The position numbers and the translations under genes are program-made. 64,000 bases of DNA from Patescibacteria group bacterium (GTDB taxonomy: Bacteria > Patescibacteriota > Patescibacteriia > 2-01-FULL-39-33), in NCBI GenBank assembly GCA_041650895.1, contig JBAZKF010000001.1:17685-81684 (forward strand), in the 5' to 3' direction. Positions 18,266 through 29,000 of this stretch are shown in pieces. The stretch's first letter is position 1, and each line of letters starts with the position of its first letter. The notes beneath the pieces are model-generated. The model had not been told where the DNA came from. It was given only the letters and a program-made list of their open reading frames with translations, and did not search any database.

Positions 18266-19336
18266 ATGCAAGATAAATTGCAACAATTGCAAATCAGGTT
18301 TGAGGAATTAGAACGTCTACTGCAGCTAGACGCCGTGATTAACGATCCTGCCAAAATCAAAGAAGTGTCGCAGGAGTATGATGATTTGAAAGAAATTATC
18401 GCCGCCAAGAAGCAATTGGATAAAACCAATGCGGAGTTGGCGGGAGTGGAAAAGATGTTTTTGGATAATAAAGATGACCAGGAATTATACAAGATATCAC
18501 TGGAAGAGAAAACTGATTTAACACGCCAAAAAGAAGAAACAGAAAAATTAATCAAATCGTTATTAATTCCCAAAGACCCGGCTGATAAGAAGAATGTTAT
18601 TGTGGAGATTCGCGCCGGCGCCGGTGGCGATGAAGCGGCGCTGTTTGCGGCCGAGTTGTTCCGTCTTTATAACCGCTATGCGGAAAAACATAATTGGAAA
18701 ACCAAGCTGATTTCTGACAGTCGTATTGGCATTGGCGGATTCAAGGAAGTGATTTTTGAAATCGCCGGCAATGGCGTTTACGGCCGGTTGAAATTTGAAA
18801 GCGGTGTGCATCGTGTCCAGCGCGTACCGGAAACCGAGAAAAAGGGTCGCGTCCATACTTCCACCGTTACTGTCGTTGTGTTGCCGGAGGTGGAGGAAAT
18901 GGATATGAGAATTGAATCCAAAGACATCCGCATCGACACTTTTTGCGCCGGCGGTCATGGCGGCCAGTCGGTCAATACCACCTACTCGGCCGTACGCATC
19001 ACCCATCTGCCTACCGGACTGGCTGTGTCTTGCCAGGACGAACGCAGCCAGTTGCAGAATCGTGAGAAAGCCATGTTAGTACTGCGCTCCCGCTTGTATG
19101 ATCTGAAACGCCAAGAAGAAGAAGCCAAACTTTCGGCGACTCGCAAATCGCAAATCGGTACCGGCGATCGGAGTGAAAAAATCCGCACTTACAATTTCCC
19201 TCAGGATCGCATTACTGATCATCGCATCAATGAGAATTTTTCCAATATTCCCGGAGTTATGGATGGCGATTTAGACAGGATTTTGGATCGTCTTAAAGAA
19301 TATTATGACGCCCAAGCCATTAGCGGGCAGGAATAA
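18266..19336 (+). CDS. prfA: peptide chain release factor 1
   Basis: GGQ motif [20 protein letters not shown]; RF1-type tripeptide region reads PET. Confidence 0.9.
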   Translation: MQDKLQQLQIRFEELERLLQLDAVINDPAKIKEVSQEYDDLKEIIAAKKQLDKTNAELAGVEKMFLDNKDDQELYKISLEEKTDLTRQKEETEKLIKSLLIPKDPADKKNVIVEIRAGAGGDEAALFAAELFRLYNRYAEKHNWKTKLISDSRIGIGGFKEVIFEIAGNGVYGRLKFESGVHRVQRVPETEKKGRVHTSTVTVVVLPEVEEMDMRIESKDIRIDTFCAGGHGGQSVNTTYSAVRITHLPTGLAVSCQDERSQLQNREKAMLVLRSRLYDLKRQEEEAKLSATRKSQIGTGDRSEKIRTYNFPQDRITDHRINENFSNIPGVMDGDLDRILDRLKEYYDAQAISGQE

Positions 19337-19342
19337 TCAAGA

Positions 19343-19378
19343 AATAAAATAAAAAGCGTTCCTTTTAGGGAACGCTTT
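19343..19378. terminator. intrinsic terminator (10-bp stem) between convergent genes
   Basis: AAAGCGTTCC-loop-GGAACGCTTT with A/T-rich flanks. Confidence 0.5.
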
Positions 19379-19396
19379 GTTAGTCAAAGTGCTTAC

Positions 19397-20002
19397 TTAA
19401 TAACGACTGTTAGGGCTGTCGGGCAGATTTTTATGCGGACGGAGTTGAATGGCATCATCCAATTTGAAGCGTTTACGTGTAGATTGATAATGAGCCTGTA
19501 AGAGTAGCGGTTGTTTGCCTTCCAATTGATTACCCCAACGCAGTTTACAGAGCCCGATGAGATACTCGGCATGGCCGTTCTGAAACGCCGGTGACTCATG
19601 GATGGCGCGAATCGGACGCCATTCATCATCCGTTAAGATTAAAATACTATTTTTGTAAGGCGAGACGCGGAAGAGACGGGTAAGATAATCAATTTTGCTG
19701 GTGTAATGCATGAGCGAGAATAGCCACATCCAATATTGGTGCAGTTCGTTATCTTGAATCGGTTCGCCGTTTAGGCGGCAGGTCATAGCTATTGCCGGTG
19801 GCAATTTGAATTCTTTAATAAGAAGTGAGCGCGGTATTTTGGCGTAATTCATGCTGGCAAGGCATAGGGTTACCATTATATCTTTATTCGGCCGTTGGCC
19901 GGTTGCTTTGGCCTCCCAGAATTGAACTACGGCCTTCAGGTAATTATCAATAATTTGTCTGTATTCTTCCAAAGCGTCGCTACAGCCACAAGACATGTTC
20001 AA
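19397..20002 (-). CDS. hypothetical protein inserted between prfA and prmC
   Basis: 201-aa ORF, Cys/Trp-rich; no recognisable domain. Confidence 0.45.
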   Translation of the reverse strand: MNMSCGCSDALEEYRQIIDNYLKAVVQFWEAKATGQRPNKDIMVTLCLASMNYAKIPRSLLIKEFKLPPAIAMTCRLNGEPIQDNELHQYWMWLFSLMHYTSKIDYLTRLFRVSPYKNSILILTDDEWRPIRAIHESPAFQNGHAEYLIGLCKLRWGNQLEGKQPLLLQAHYQSTRKRFKLDDAIQLRPHKNLPDSPNSRY

Positions 20003-20073
20003 GTCCTCCTTCGTTTATTGTTTTTGTTAAGGTTCTATTTAGTAAATAATATATTATCATCTTTGTTTCCATT

Positions 20074-20931
20074 ATGTCAATAGCTGAAATATTGCAGCCA
20101 GCTGTCAAAAAATTAAAAAATCGGAATATCATTTCGGCTGAACTGGACGCAGAATTGCTTCTGGCTTCTGTTTTAGCTCGGTCGCGCGAGTTTGTTTTGG
20201 CTCATCCGGAATTTAAGCTGACTGCCAAGCAATTGGGCAGGTTTAAAAGTCTGCTGGAACGTCGGATTAATTATGAACCGATAGCCTATATTCTGGGGAG
20301 TAAAGAGTTTTTTGGCTTGGAACTCAAGGTTAACAGAAACGTCCTAATCCCCCGCCCAGAAACTGAAACCGTGGTGGAAATGGCGCTTGATTATTGTCGC
20401 CGTTTAAAAATTAAGAAGCCGTGGTTGATTGATGTCGGCACTGGTTCTGGTGCCATTGCTTTAGCCCTGAAAAAAACCTTGCCTCAAGCGGAAGTTTTGG
20501 CTGTAGATAATTCAACACCGGCTGTGGCTTTAGCTAAACAGAATGCCAAACATCATGAATTGGAGATAAAGTTTATAAAAAGCGACTTACTTAGTCGGGT
20601 TAGTGATACTGAGCTAAAAGGTTCAGTAATTGTCGCCAATCTGCCTTATTTGAGTCCGATAACGATTAAACGGTATGCTCCGGCCTTAAAACGACAGTTA
20701 GCTTATGAGCCCAAAGTTGCTCTTTATGCCGGCCGTTACGGCACTGACGCTTATGACAATCTATTCCGGCAGTTGGTTTCTCGTCCGGTTCGGCCACGGG
20801 CCGTGTTTTGCGAAATCGGGCCATGCCATTGGCGAGAATATTACCGAGTGGCTAAGAAATATTTTCCTCTGCAGAAGCTGGAAATCAAGCCTGATCTGGC
20901 TGGCAAGAAAAGGTGTTTGATTATCTATTAG
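20074..20931 (+). CDS. prmC: release factor glutamine N5-methyltransferase
   Basis: LIDVGTGSGAIALAL SAM-binding motif and VIVANLPY (NPPY-type) motif. Confidence 0.85.
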   Translation: MSIAEILQPAVKKLKNRNIISAELDAELLLASVLARSREFVLAHPEFKLTAKQLGRFKSLLERRINYEPIAYILGSKEFFGLELKVNRNVLIPRPETETVVEMALDYCRRLKIKKPWLIDVGTGSGAIALALKKTLPQAEVLAVDNSTPAVALAKQNAKHHELEIKFIKSDLLSRVSDTELKGSVIVANLPYLSPITIKRYAPALKRQLAYEPKVALYAGRYGTDAYDNLFRQLVSRPVRPRAVFCEIGPCHWREYYRVAKKYFPLQKLEIKPDLAGKKRCLIIY

Positions 20932-20941
20932 TAGTTAGTAT

Positions 20942-20975
20942 AAAAAAACAACCCGCTTGCGCAGGTTGTTTTTAA
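20942..20975. terminator. bidirectional intrinsic terminator
   Basis: AACAACC...GGTTGTT stem flanked by an A7 run and a T5 run. Confidence 0.45.
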
Positions 20976-20982
20976 TTTCAAA

Positions 20983-21657
20983 CTATTTTTTATCCTTGTC
21001 TTCATTAGCGGTTGCAGTTTCGCCTTCGGCAGGAACAGTTTCGCCTTCGGCAGGAACAGTTTCGCCTTCGGCAGGAACAGCCGGAGTTTCTTCCACTTCA
21101 ACTTTCGGTCGAGCCACATTAGCTATAGCATCGTCAGGATGATGATGTAGAACTTCCAGGGTTGCCGGGATTTTTAGGTCGGCTAAGGTGATGACATCGT
21201 CAAAAGTATTCAAAGGTGTGATATCAACTACGATTTCATGGATCAAATCAGTCGGTAAACAGTGCACTTCCAATTCGGAAACATTATGCACTAATACTCC
21301 GGCGTCTTCCTTAACGGCGCGGGATTCGCCGGTGAATGTTAGAGGAATGGTGGCGTGCATCTTTTCTTTCATATTGATCTGATGCAAGTCGGCATGGGTA
21401 ATGCGTCCTTTGACCGGTTCAAATTGGACTTCGGAAATAATCGTTTTGATCGGCGCTCCGCCGTCAATACTTAAGTCAATAATGGTGCTCTCGCCAGCTT
21501 CTTTCAATACCTTTTCAAATTCAATATAATTGAATTCTAGATTCTGATTGGTTTGGCCGTGGCCGTAGATTACCGCCGGGACAGAGCCTTGGGCTCTTAG
21601 TGCTTGGACTTTTTTGCCCAATTCTTTACGGGTTTTAGCTTTTAGATTCAATGTCAT
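20983..21657 (-). CDS. rplY: 50S ribosomal protein L25/general stress protein Ctc with C-terminal PAEGETV repeats
   Basis: MTLNLKAKTRKELGKKVQALRAQGSVPAVIYGHGQTNQNLEF L25 N-terminus. Confidence 0.85.
   Translation of the reverse strand: MTLNLKAKTRKELGKKVQALRAQGSVPAVIYGHGQTNQNLEFNYIEFEKVLKEAGESTIIDLSIDGGAPIKTIISEVQFEPVKGRITHADLHQINMKEKMHATIPLTFTGESRAVKEDAGVLVHNVSELEVHCLPTDLIHEIVVDITPLNTFDDVITLADLKIPATLEVLHHHPDDAIANVARPKVEVEETPAVPAEGETVPAEGETVPAEGETATANEDKDKK
21015..21077. repeat. 3 x 21-bp perfect tandem repeat inside the rplY coding region
   Basis: CAGTTTCGCCTTCGGCAGGAA x3, encoding (V)PAEGET x3. Confidence 0.8.
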
Positions 21658-21763
21658 ATATGGATGTTAATTCGTAATAACCAGGTTACTTTAGCATTAA
21701 ATTATTTTTTTGTCAAATTAGCGTTACCTGCTTGCAGTATGGCGAATAACTAGCTTTAAAATA

Positions 21764-21797
21764 AGAAAAAAAGCCCCATTAATTGGGGCTTCGTTTG
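21764..21797 (-). terminator. intrinsic terminator after the rSAM/SPASM operon
   Basis: AGCCCCA-TTAAT-TGGGGCT perfect hairpin; 7-T run on the minus strand. Confidence 0.55.
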
Positions 21798-21816
21798 GTT
21801 TAATTAAAGGTGCTGA

Positions 21817-22425
21817 TTATTCGGCGGGAACGGAAGGTTCGGTGTTAGTGTTCTTTTTAGTAAAGGCGCCGTATTTAATCATTGCTGTCCCTGAACCGCC
21901 GGGCCAGTCAGAGAAAGCTCCATAAAAAGTCATTATGCCGTCCGGCGTACTGGGCGGGAAAAATGGTCGCCTCCTCAGTTGCCGGGGAAGGGGCGAGCTT
22001 TCCGGAGGTAGTTCCGGGATGGGGGGTAAATTATTGTTTTGGTCTAGCTGTTCAATTAGCACTTGTTCCGCCGTCTTGAAAACAATTTCTTGTTTCTCGT
22101 GATCATAATCAGCAAACAAGCGGTTAAAGGCAAAAACAATTTGCAAATCATCATTAAGCAGGACGCCGTAGTCGCAAATAGTTTCTTCGGCACCAAAAAT
22201 TCTAATGGCTAAATTGATCATCCCGGTTTCTTGGGGATAAGTGGCCATAAATTCTTCAGCTAATTTGGTTTGGCCTCGCATGACAATTAAATAATAATCT
22301 CGCGTCATTTCTTCCATAGAGTCTTGGGGATTCTGCCGATTCGGTAACTTTACTTCGACTTGATGACGCTGTAGGTCAAGCCGTAAAAAATTAAGGGCAC
22401 CGTCGCCAGTTTTTGGGTTGCTCAT
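21817..22425 (-). CDS. hypothetical protein with Pro-rich linker and C-terminal YGAF repeats; co-transcribed with the rSAM/SPASM gene
   Basis: 202 aa from an ATG with GGAGAG Shine-Dalgarno (ORF track begins at 22515, overlapping upstream); C-terminus FYGAFSDWPGGSGTAMIKYGAFTKK. Confidence 0.55.
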   Translation of the reverse strand: MSNPKTGDGALNFLRLDLQRHQVEVKLPNRQNPQDSMEEMTRDYYLIVMRGQTKLAEEFMATYPQETGMINLAIRIFGAEETICDYGVLLNDDLQIVFAFNRLFADYDHEKQEIVFKTAEQVLIEQLDQNNNLPPIPELPPESSPLPRQLRRRPFFPPSTPDGIMTFYGAFSDWPGGSGTAMIKYGAFTKKNTNTEPSVPAE

Positions 22426-22462
22426 CTTTTCTCTCCTTCTCGATTGTTGATTGACGTTTAAA

Positions 22463-23482
22463 TTAGTTAGATAAGCTATGCATGCAACAGAATGGCGCTC
22501 GTCCGAACTTATCAAAATGAGCTAAGGCCATGGATTTGCACCCGCCTTGGCACCAGGAGTATTCCTGGCAGTTTTGGCAAATTCCCGCCGCTTGGCAAAT
22601 TTTATCATCTCGAAAAAATCTCATAACTTCGCTGTCTTGTTGCCAGATCTCCCGCAATGTTTTTTGCCGTATGTTACCGAGAATAAAGCGTTCGTCCATT
22701 AGTGATAAACAAGGTAATACGTTGCCACAGGCATCAATGCCGACGGTCTGTTTGCCGGCAGTGCAGCCGGGCCAGTCAGAGCCGCGCAAGATGTTGCAAT
22801 CGTAGTTGAAGCAATCAGCCGCTCTAATATCCAAACGATGATCGTAGTTCCGTCGCAACCACGCCAAGGTGAGGCAAACATGGCGAAAGATTCTTTCATT
22901 AATCATTAGTTTGCTGTTACCCTTGGCTCGATCTATCGGTGAGATCAACTGGACTTGCCAGCCGGAAGCCCCGACTTGATATAATGTATTAGCCAAGTTG
23001 TGTAGCATCATATAGTTTAGGCGGTTGACAGTAGTAATGGCGGTAACTGGCAGGCCGATAGAGTTAGCTGTGGCGATGGCGTTTAGCGCTCTGCGCCAAG
23101 ACTGGCAGTTGCCACGGATATAATTATGCACAGTCGCATCGCCGTCAATGGAAACGCCGATGGTGTAGGCCCCGGAATCTTTAAGACGTTTAGCCAAATC
23201 ATCGGTCATAGTCAGACCGTTGGTGATTAAGGCGAAGCCAAGCTGTTTTTCCTTTAAGCCATCAAGCAGTTGCGGAAAATCATCTTTAATAGTCGTTTCA
23301 CCGCCGGATAAAGCCAACTGTTTTAATCCTAGTTCTCGCAGTTGATCAAAAACTCCCAGCCATTCATCGGCTGTCAGCTCATTAGCTTTAAGGGCTTTTA
23401 CGCAACCGGAGCCACAGTGCCTGCAATTGAGGTTGCAGCTTGCGGTCGTTTCTATCACTGCGTTAGTAATCTTATCAAACAA
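22463..23482 (-). CDS. radical SAM/SPASM-domain maturase-like enzyme
   Basis: CNLNCRHC (CxxxCxxC), ALSGGE; C-terminal Cys cluster CQNCQEYSWCQGGC...FCC typical of SPASM; TTG start with AAGGAGG Shine-Dalgarno. Confidence 0.8.
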   Translation of the reverse strand: MFDKITNAVIETTASCNLNCRHCGSGCVKALKANELTADEWLGVFDQLRELGLKQLALSGGETTIKDDFPQLLDGLKEKQLGFALITNGLTMTDDLAKRLKDSGAYTIGVSIDGDATVHNYIRGNCQSWRRALNAIATANSIGLPVTAITTVNRLNYMMLHNLANTLYQVGASGWQVQLISPIDRAKGNSKLMINERIFRHVCLTLAWLRRNYDHRLDIRAADCFNYDCNILRGSDWPGCTAGKQTVGIDACGNVLPCLSLMDERFILGNIRQKTLREIWQQDSEVMRFFRDDKICQAAGICQNCQEYSWCQGGCKSMALAHFDKFGRAPFCCMHSLSN

Positions 23483-23582
23483 TACATTATCCTCCTTTCT
23501 ATTTTTTGTTGAATTGCCTGGTTATACTGTTAGGTTGTAAGGATCTTTTGATGTTTCATCTTATTCCTAAAAGCAAAAGTTG

Positions 23583-24692
23583 TCAAGTGGTGCGATGGCC
23601 ATATCTGGCGATGGATAAATTGATGCCGATAAGTATCATCATGGTCAGCAAAAAACTGCCACCGTAAGAAACTAACGGTAAAGAAATTCCGGTTACCGGC
23701 AATAAGCCGACGCACATACCGATATTAATGAAGACATGGGAAAACACCAGGGCGGCGGTCAGCAGGGCAATAAACATGCCCAAGTCATCGGGCGCGCGCG
23801 TGGCAATGCGATATAAGCGAAAAAAGAACAAACTGAATAATCCTAAGACTAGGCAGACGCCGACAAAGCCGATTTCTTCAGCGACGACGGAAAAAATAAA
23901 ATCTGTCTGGCTTTCCGGAATAAACTTAAGCTGGCTTTGGCTGCCGAAGCCTAATCCTCGACCCATCAGTTTTCCGGCGCCGACGGCAATGATGGACTGG
24001 CGCACATTGTATCCCCTGCCTTGCGGATCCAGTGACGGGTTAATAAAAGTGAAGATGCGGGCTTGCTGATAATCTTGAAAAACAAAAAACCAGGCAAAGA
24101 GCAATGAGGCTGTAATTAAACCGAAGATTAAAAAGATTTGCCAGCGTTTTTGGACGATTAATATGAATGCCGCTAGCCAGATAAAAAACAGTACCATGGC
24201 TGATCCGAAGTCCGGCTGTAAGGCGACTAAGCATAACGGTACGGCTACGATAGCTCCCAAGAATATCAAATGCCAGAATTTGTATAAGGTGCGGCTGTAG
24301 CGACTGCAAATGTCAGCCAGAACGATAATTAAGAATATTTTGGTCAGTTCTACCGGTTGGAAACTCATAAAGCCAAAATCAAACCAACCGCGAGCCCCGT
24401 TGACCACCTGACCCAAAGGAGTTAAAACCAAAATCAATAGCACAATGGATACGGCATAACCGATCCAGCCGACATAGCGGAAAACCCGGTAATCCAGAAA
24501 AGAGATCGCGCCGGCTGCGCTCAGGGAAATAAACAACCAGAGGATTTGTTTGCGGAAATTATCAAATTCGCCCAAACCGCGGCCCAAGGCAACACTATAA
24601 ATGGCGGCTAAGCCGAAAAGCATTAAAAAAATCGAGCTAGCCAAAAGCCACCAATCGATTTTTTTGAATAAATTTGTAATTAAAGTTTGCAT
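23583..24692 (-). CDS. ftsW: SEDS-family peptidoglycan glycosyltransferase FtsW/RodA
   Basis: 10-TM protein with the conserved ...LPVTGISLPLVSYGGS C-terminal motif; ends with TGA. Confidence 0.8.
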   Translation of the reverse strand: MQTLITNLFKKIDWWLLASSIFLMLFGLAAIYSVALGRGLGEFDNFRKQILWLFISLSAAGAISFLDYRVFRYVGWIGYAVSIVLLILVLTPLGQVVNGARGWFDFGFMSFQPVELTKIFLIIVLADICSRYSRTLYKFWHLIFLGAIVAVPLCLVALQPDFGSAMVLFFIWLAAFILIVQKRWQIFLIFGLITASLLFAWFFVFQDYQQARIFTFINPSLDPQGRGYNVRQSIIAVGAGKLMGRGLGFGSQSQLKFIPESQTDFIFSVVAEEIGFVGVCLVLGLFSLFFFRLYRIATRAPDDLGMFIALLTAALVFSHVFINIGMCVGLLPVTGISLPLVSYGGSFLLTMMILIGINLSIARYGHRTT

Positions 24693-24766
24693 GTTTACTT
24701 ATTTTATCAAATACGGCGAATATGAAAAAAAATGGCGTAATATTTTTGTGTAATATCCGTAGTTGA

Positions 24767-26005
24767 TTATTCGTGTCTTAAGGCCGCAATGGGATTCATA
24801 TTGGCCGCATGGCGCGCGGGATAGTAGCCGAAAATCAGGCCAACAGCGCCACAGAAGCCGAAAGCGATAATAATGGATTGCGGCGGTAAAATGAATTGCC
24901 AACTATAACCCAATAGTCCGGCGGCAAAACTGATAAAATAGGCAAAACTGATGCCGACAATTATGCCCAAAGCCCCGCCTATCAAAGTGATTATAATCGC
25001 TTCATAAAGAAATTGCCAGAGGATTTGGGCTTTCTTGGCTCCGACGGCTTTACGCAGGCCGATTTCAAAGGTGCGTTCGGAAACCGACACGTACATAATG
25101 TTCATAATGCCCACGCCGCCGACCAGCAATGAAATGCCGGCAATGGCGATTAGAAGCAAAGTGATGCCATCAAAAATAGTATTAATCATATCCCGAGCCT
25201 CGGTCATAGTGGTTACGGAAAAGTCATCGTATTGGGCATCATCTATTTCATGACGGGTACGTAATAGGTAGATAATATCATCAGCCGTTTGGTCCTCTTT
25301 GGAAGTGTCAGTAATATTAGTAGTAACGGTTTGGATATAATCAATGCCCATGATGATTTTTTGCAAAGTTTTTACCGGCACATAAGCTAATTGGTCAAAA
25401 TCAAAACCGAAAGTGGCTCCAGCCTCATCCATTACGCCGACAACGCGAAATTTATTTTTGCCGATTTTTATTTCTTGCCCCAATGGTTCTTGATTGCCGA
25501 ACAATTTAGCTGATAGTTTACTGCCTAAAACCACTACGCGCGCCAATTCATTATCCTCATCTAAAGTGAAAAACCGGCCGGTTTTGACTTTAGTCTTACC
25601 CATCTCCACATAAGCCGGCAAAGTGCCCATCAGGTTGACTGATTTTTGTTGATCCTGAAATGATATCACTTCCTGATCCATAATCATCACATAGTAGTTT
25701 TCAATATTGGGCAGTTTGCCGATAGCTTCAGCGTCTTCCATAGTCATAGTGGTTACGGCTACACCCTGCGCCATGCTGGTGGCATTTTGAGCGGAGTTTT
25801 TGCCCGTGGTCGGCACTTTGACTTCTATTTGGATTATTTTTGAACCAAATGCTTCCAGTTGGCCGAGAATTTCTCCCTTGAGTCCTTCCCCTGCCGACAT
25901 GACGATAATCACCGCGGCAATGCCGATAATAATGCCGATCACCGTTAAAACGGTACGGGTTTTGTTATTTTGCAATGATTTTAAAGCAATGTTAAGCGAT
26001 TGCAT
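24767..26005 (-). CDS. ABC transporter permease, FtsX/MacB family
   Basis: N-terminal TM, large periplasmic MacB-like domain, C-terminal FtsX 3-TM bundle. Confidence 0.75.
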   Translation of the reverse strand: MQSLNIALKSLQNNKTRTVLTVIGIIIGIAAVIIVMSAGEGLKGEILGQLEAFGSKIIQIEVKVPTTGKNSAQNATSMAQGVAVTTMTMEDAEAIGKLPNIENYYVMIMDQEVISFQDQQKSVNLMGTLPAYVEMGKTKVKTGRFFTLDEDNELARVVVLGSKLSAKLFGNQEPLGQEIKIGKNKFRVVGVMDEAGATFGFDFDQLAYVPVKTLQKIIMGIDYIQTVTTNITDTSKEDQTADDIIYLLRTRHEIDDAQYDDFSVTTMTEARDMINTIFDGITLLLIAIAGISLLVGGVGIMNIMYVSVSERTFEIGLRKAVGAKKAQILWQFLYEAIIITLIGGALGIIVGISFAYFISFAAGLLGYSWQFILPPQSIIIAFGFCGAVGLIFGYYPARHAANMNPIAALRHE

Positions 26006-26020
26006 ATTGCGGTATGTGAT

Positions 26021-29000
26021 TTAAGCGCGGAAATCGCAGATGCCGTTGTAGTCGCACCATTTACAGGTGTTTTCCGACGGTTGAGGCGGGAATTTTCCGC
26101 GTTTTATTTTAGTTACGGTATCAATTATTTTTTCTTTCATTTTTTCCAGTTCTTTGGCCGTGCCCAAAAATGATAATTCCGAATTGTTATCAAAGTAATA
26201 ATAGGCTAATTCTTTGACTGGTTGTCGTAGTATCTGTTCGGCGGCCAATTGATAAATTAATAATTGATCTTTGTCGTCCGTTTCCAGCTTTTTTTTGGGA
26301 CTGCCGGTTTTGTAGTCAATCAGCCGCAATCCGCCGTTAACTTCATCGATGCGGTCAATGGCGCCACGCACCGACACCTCCGGTGCCAGCTTGACAGTGA
26401 AGCCTTTTTCCAGTTCCAGAGCCAGGGTCGGCGTTTGTTGCCAATGGCCAAAAAAATTTTTCAGGCAGTCCAGGCCGTGATCATGGTATTTGCGTTTGGT
26501 CAGCACATCAGGATACCATTCATCCACAAATGACATTTCATAGAGATCTTTGACTTCGTCCCAGGATATCTCCAGCGATTCGCCGGTTTCGCCAAATAGA
26601 TTTTTTTGTTTGGCCTCGGCCTTGGTGCGCGCCAGAATGAAGAATTTCTGCATGGTTGAATGCATGGTCTTGCCGAAAGAAAAAACTGGTTTGCCTTTTA
26701 TGGGCAAGCGCAGGATGTGGGCGAAGCGGTATTGGTAAGGGCAAGATTCAAATGATTTCAGCTGGGTGAAGGAGATGGTGGGCAGAAGTGGTTTATTGCC
26801 GGATGGCAAAGACTCGTCTACGGCCTTGGATTTGACCGTAGACAGTAAGTCGGAACCGGATACGGCCAGCGTTGTTGCGGCCAAGGCAAAACCATCTTCA
26901 TTTAGCTCCAGCAAGAAGCGGGAAAGTTTCTTGGTTCTGGCGCCACCGTAGTCTTCGGCTGAGGAAAAGTATAACCCCTGCTTAGCCCGCGTCATAGCGA
27001 CATAAAACAGCCGTCGCTCTTCTTGCAGATGCGCGTCGCCTTCGGGCAAGATTTCCTTAGTCAGGGCCGTAGGTAATTCCAGCCGGTCGTTTCTACTGCC
27101 CGAGGGGAATTTTCTGTCAACCAAGTTGGCGATAAAAACATATTTAAACTCCAATCCTTTGGCCGAGTGAACAGTCATAATTCTGACTGAATCGGGACTG
27201 AGGTCTTCCAAATTTGGTGCCAAAGCTCCTTCCTCCCCCGCTTCCAGTTCCAGTTCCATTAGAGCGCGGAAATTGTTCAAACTATGATCCAGATTATCTT
27301 TTTCAAACATCTGCATTTTGCGATAAAACTGGTTAAGGTAATTGAGCTCTTGGCGGTTCTCCAAGTTATCCTTGGCGGTTAACCGTTTGAGATAGCCTGT
27401 TGCTTCCAGAAACTCCTGGCACAGTTCTGTCGGCCTGGCGCCGGCTTGGGCGCGGGCGGTTTGCGCTTCAATCAACCCTGCGATCTTAAGCAGTTTTTTT
27501 CTGCCTTCTTCGGATAGCCCGGATAGCAAGGAATTCTGTTTGGCGGCTTCAAATAGCGACCAGGCGTGCTTCCCCGCCTGATAATTGAGCGTGCCGAAAT
27601 CAGTCAGGTTGATTTGCCAGGCCGGCAAGCTTAAAACGCGGAACATGGCGATGTTTTCGCGGTAATCATCCAGCACCTTGAACCAGTTCATGATGTCCAA
27701 GATGATTTTTTTGCCGTAAAGCCCGCGTGAGGCCATGAAAATATAAGGGATATTGGCTGATTCCAAGAGATAACAAAAGTTGTCCGCTGAAGCGTTGGCG
27801 CGCACCAGAATGGCAAAGTCCGACCACTTGGTTTCCTTATTGGAATTATACAATTCAATTATTTTATCTACTACCGCTTTGGCCTCATCAGCAATGGTTT
27901 GACCATGAAGATGATTGATTTCTCCGACGCCCGCTAAATGAGTGGCGAGTTTTTTTGATAATTTTTTCTGTCCTTTGGATAGTTTTGCTTCCAGACGATC
28001 GGGGTTGTTCCGTTGGATGAAGTTATAAGACAAGTCCAAGATATTCTGGCAGGAACGGTAATTGTCGGTCAGCAATATTTCTTTGGCGCCGGGAAAATCA
28101 TCTTTGAACTGCAAAATATTGGATACTGATGCGCCGCGGAATTTGTAGATTGATTGGTCATCGTCGCCGACCACTGTTAAATTGTTTTTGGGTTCGGCTA
28201 AGAGCTTGACCAGCTCGTATTGCGCCCAGTTGGTGTCTTGGAATTCATCCACTAGAATATATTTGAATTGCGAACGGTATTTATATAATACTGTTTTCCT
28301 GGTTTTGAATAGTTTAAGGGTGTAATTAATCAGATCGCCGAAATCCAAGGCGTTGTTTTCCAGTAGCAGTTGCTGGTAGGTGTGGTAAGCATCGGCGATC
28401 TCCAGTTGTTTGGCGATTTCTTCCGTTTTCAGCGCAGCGATTTCTGTCGGCGACAAGTCTTCTTGCCCCCCTTCTTTGATTATTGATTTAAGAAAATCAG
28501 CCGAGTCGCAATTTAATTTTAAATTTTCCGCATATTCCAAATAAGCGTCGGCGGAGATTTCTTCATCCTTGGCGCGAGAAAATAACTTTAGCAAATCATG
28601 AATGAATTTGGTGGGATTGCCTAAGGGACGATAATGCTTAAGATTGAAACGATCCAGATTCTGGCGCACCAAAAGCCATTGCTCGGTCTGGGTGAGCAAG
28701 CGGAAGTCAGCCGGCAAACCGATTTCCAGGCCGTATTCTTTGAGAATGCGTTCGCAGAAAGCGTGGAAGGTAGAAATCCATAAGTCGTTATAGCCTAAAG
28801 GCAGAAGTTGATCCACACGTTCTTCCATTTCGGACGCGGCTTTTTCGGTAAAGGTCAGAGCCAAAATTTCCTCTGCGTGGATATTTTTTTCCATTATCAA
28901 GTAAGCGATTTTCCTGGTGATAACCGTGGTCTTGCCCGTACCCGCCCCGGCGATAATTAAAAGGGGCCCGCTGTCATGTAAAACAGCGTCTTTTTGGCTG

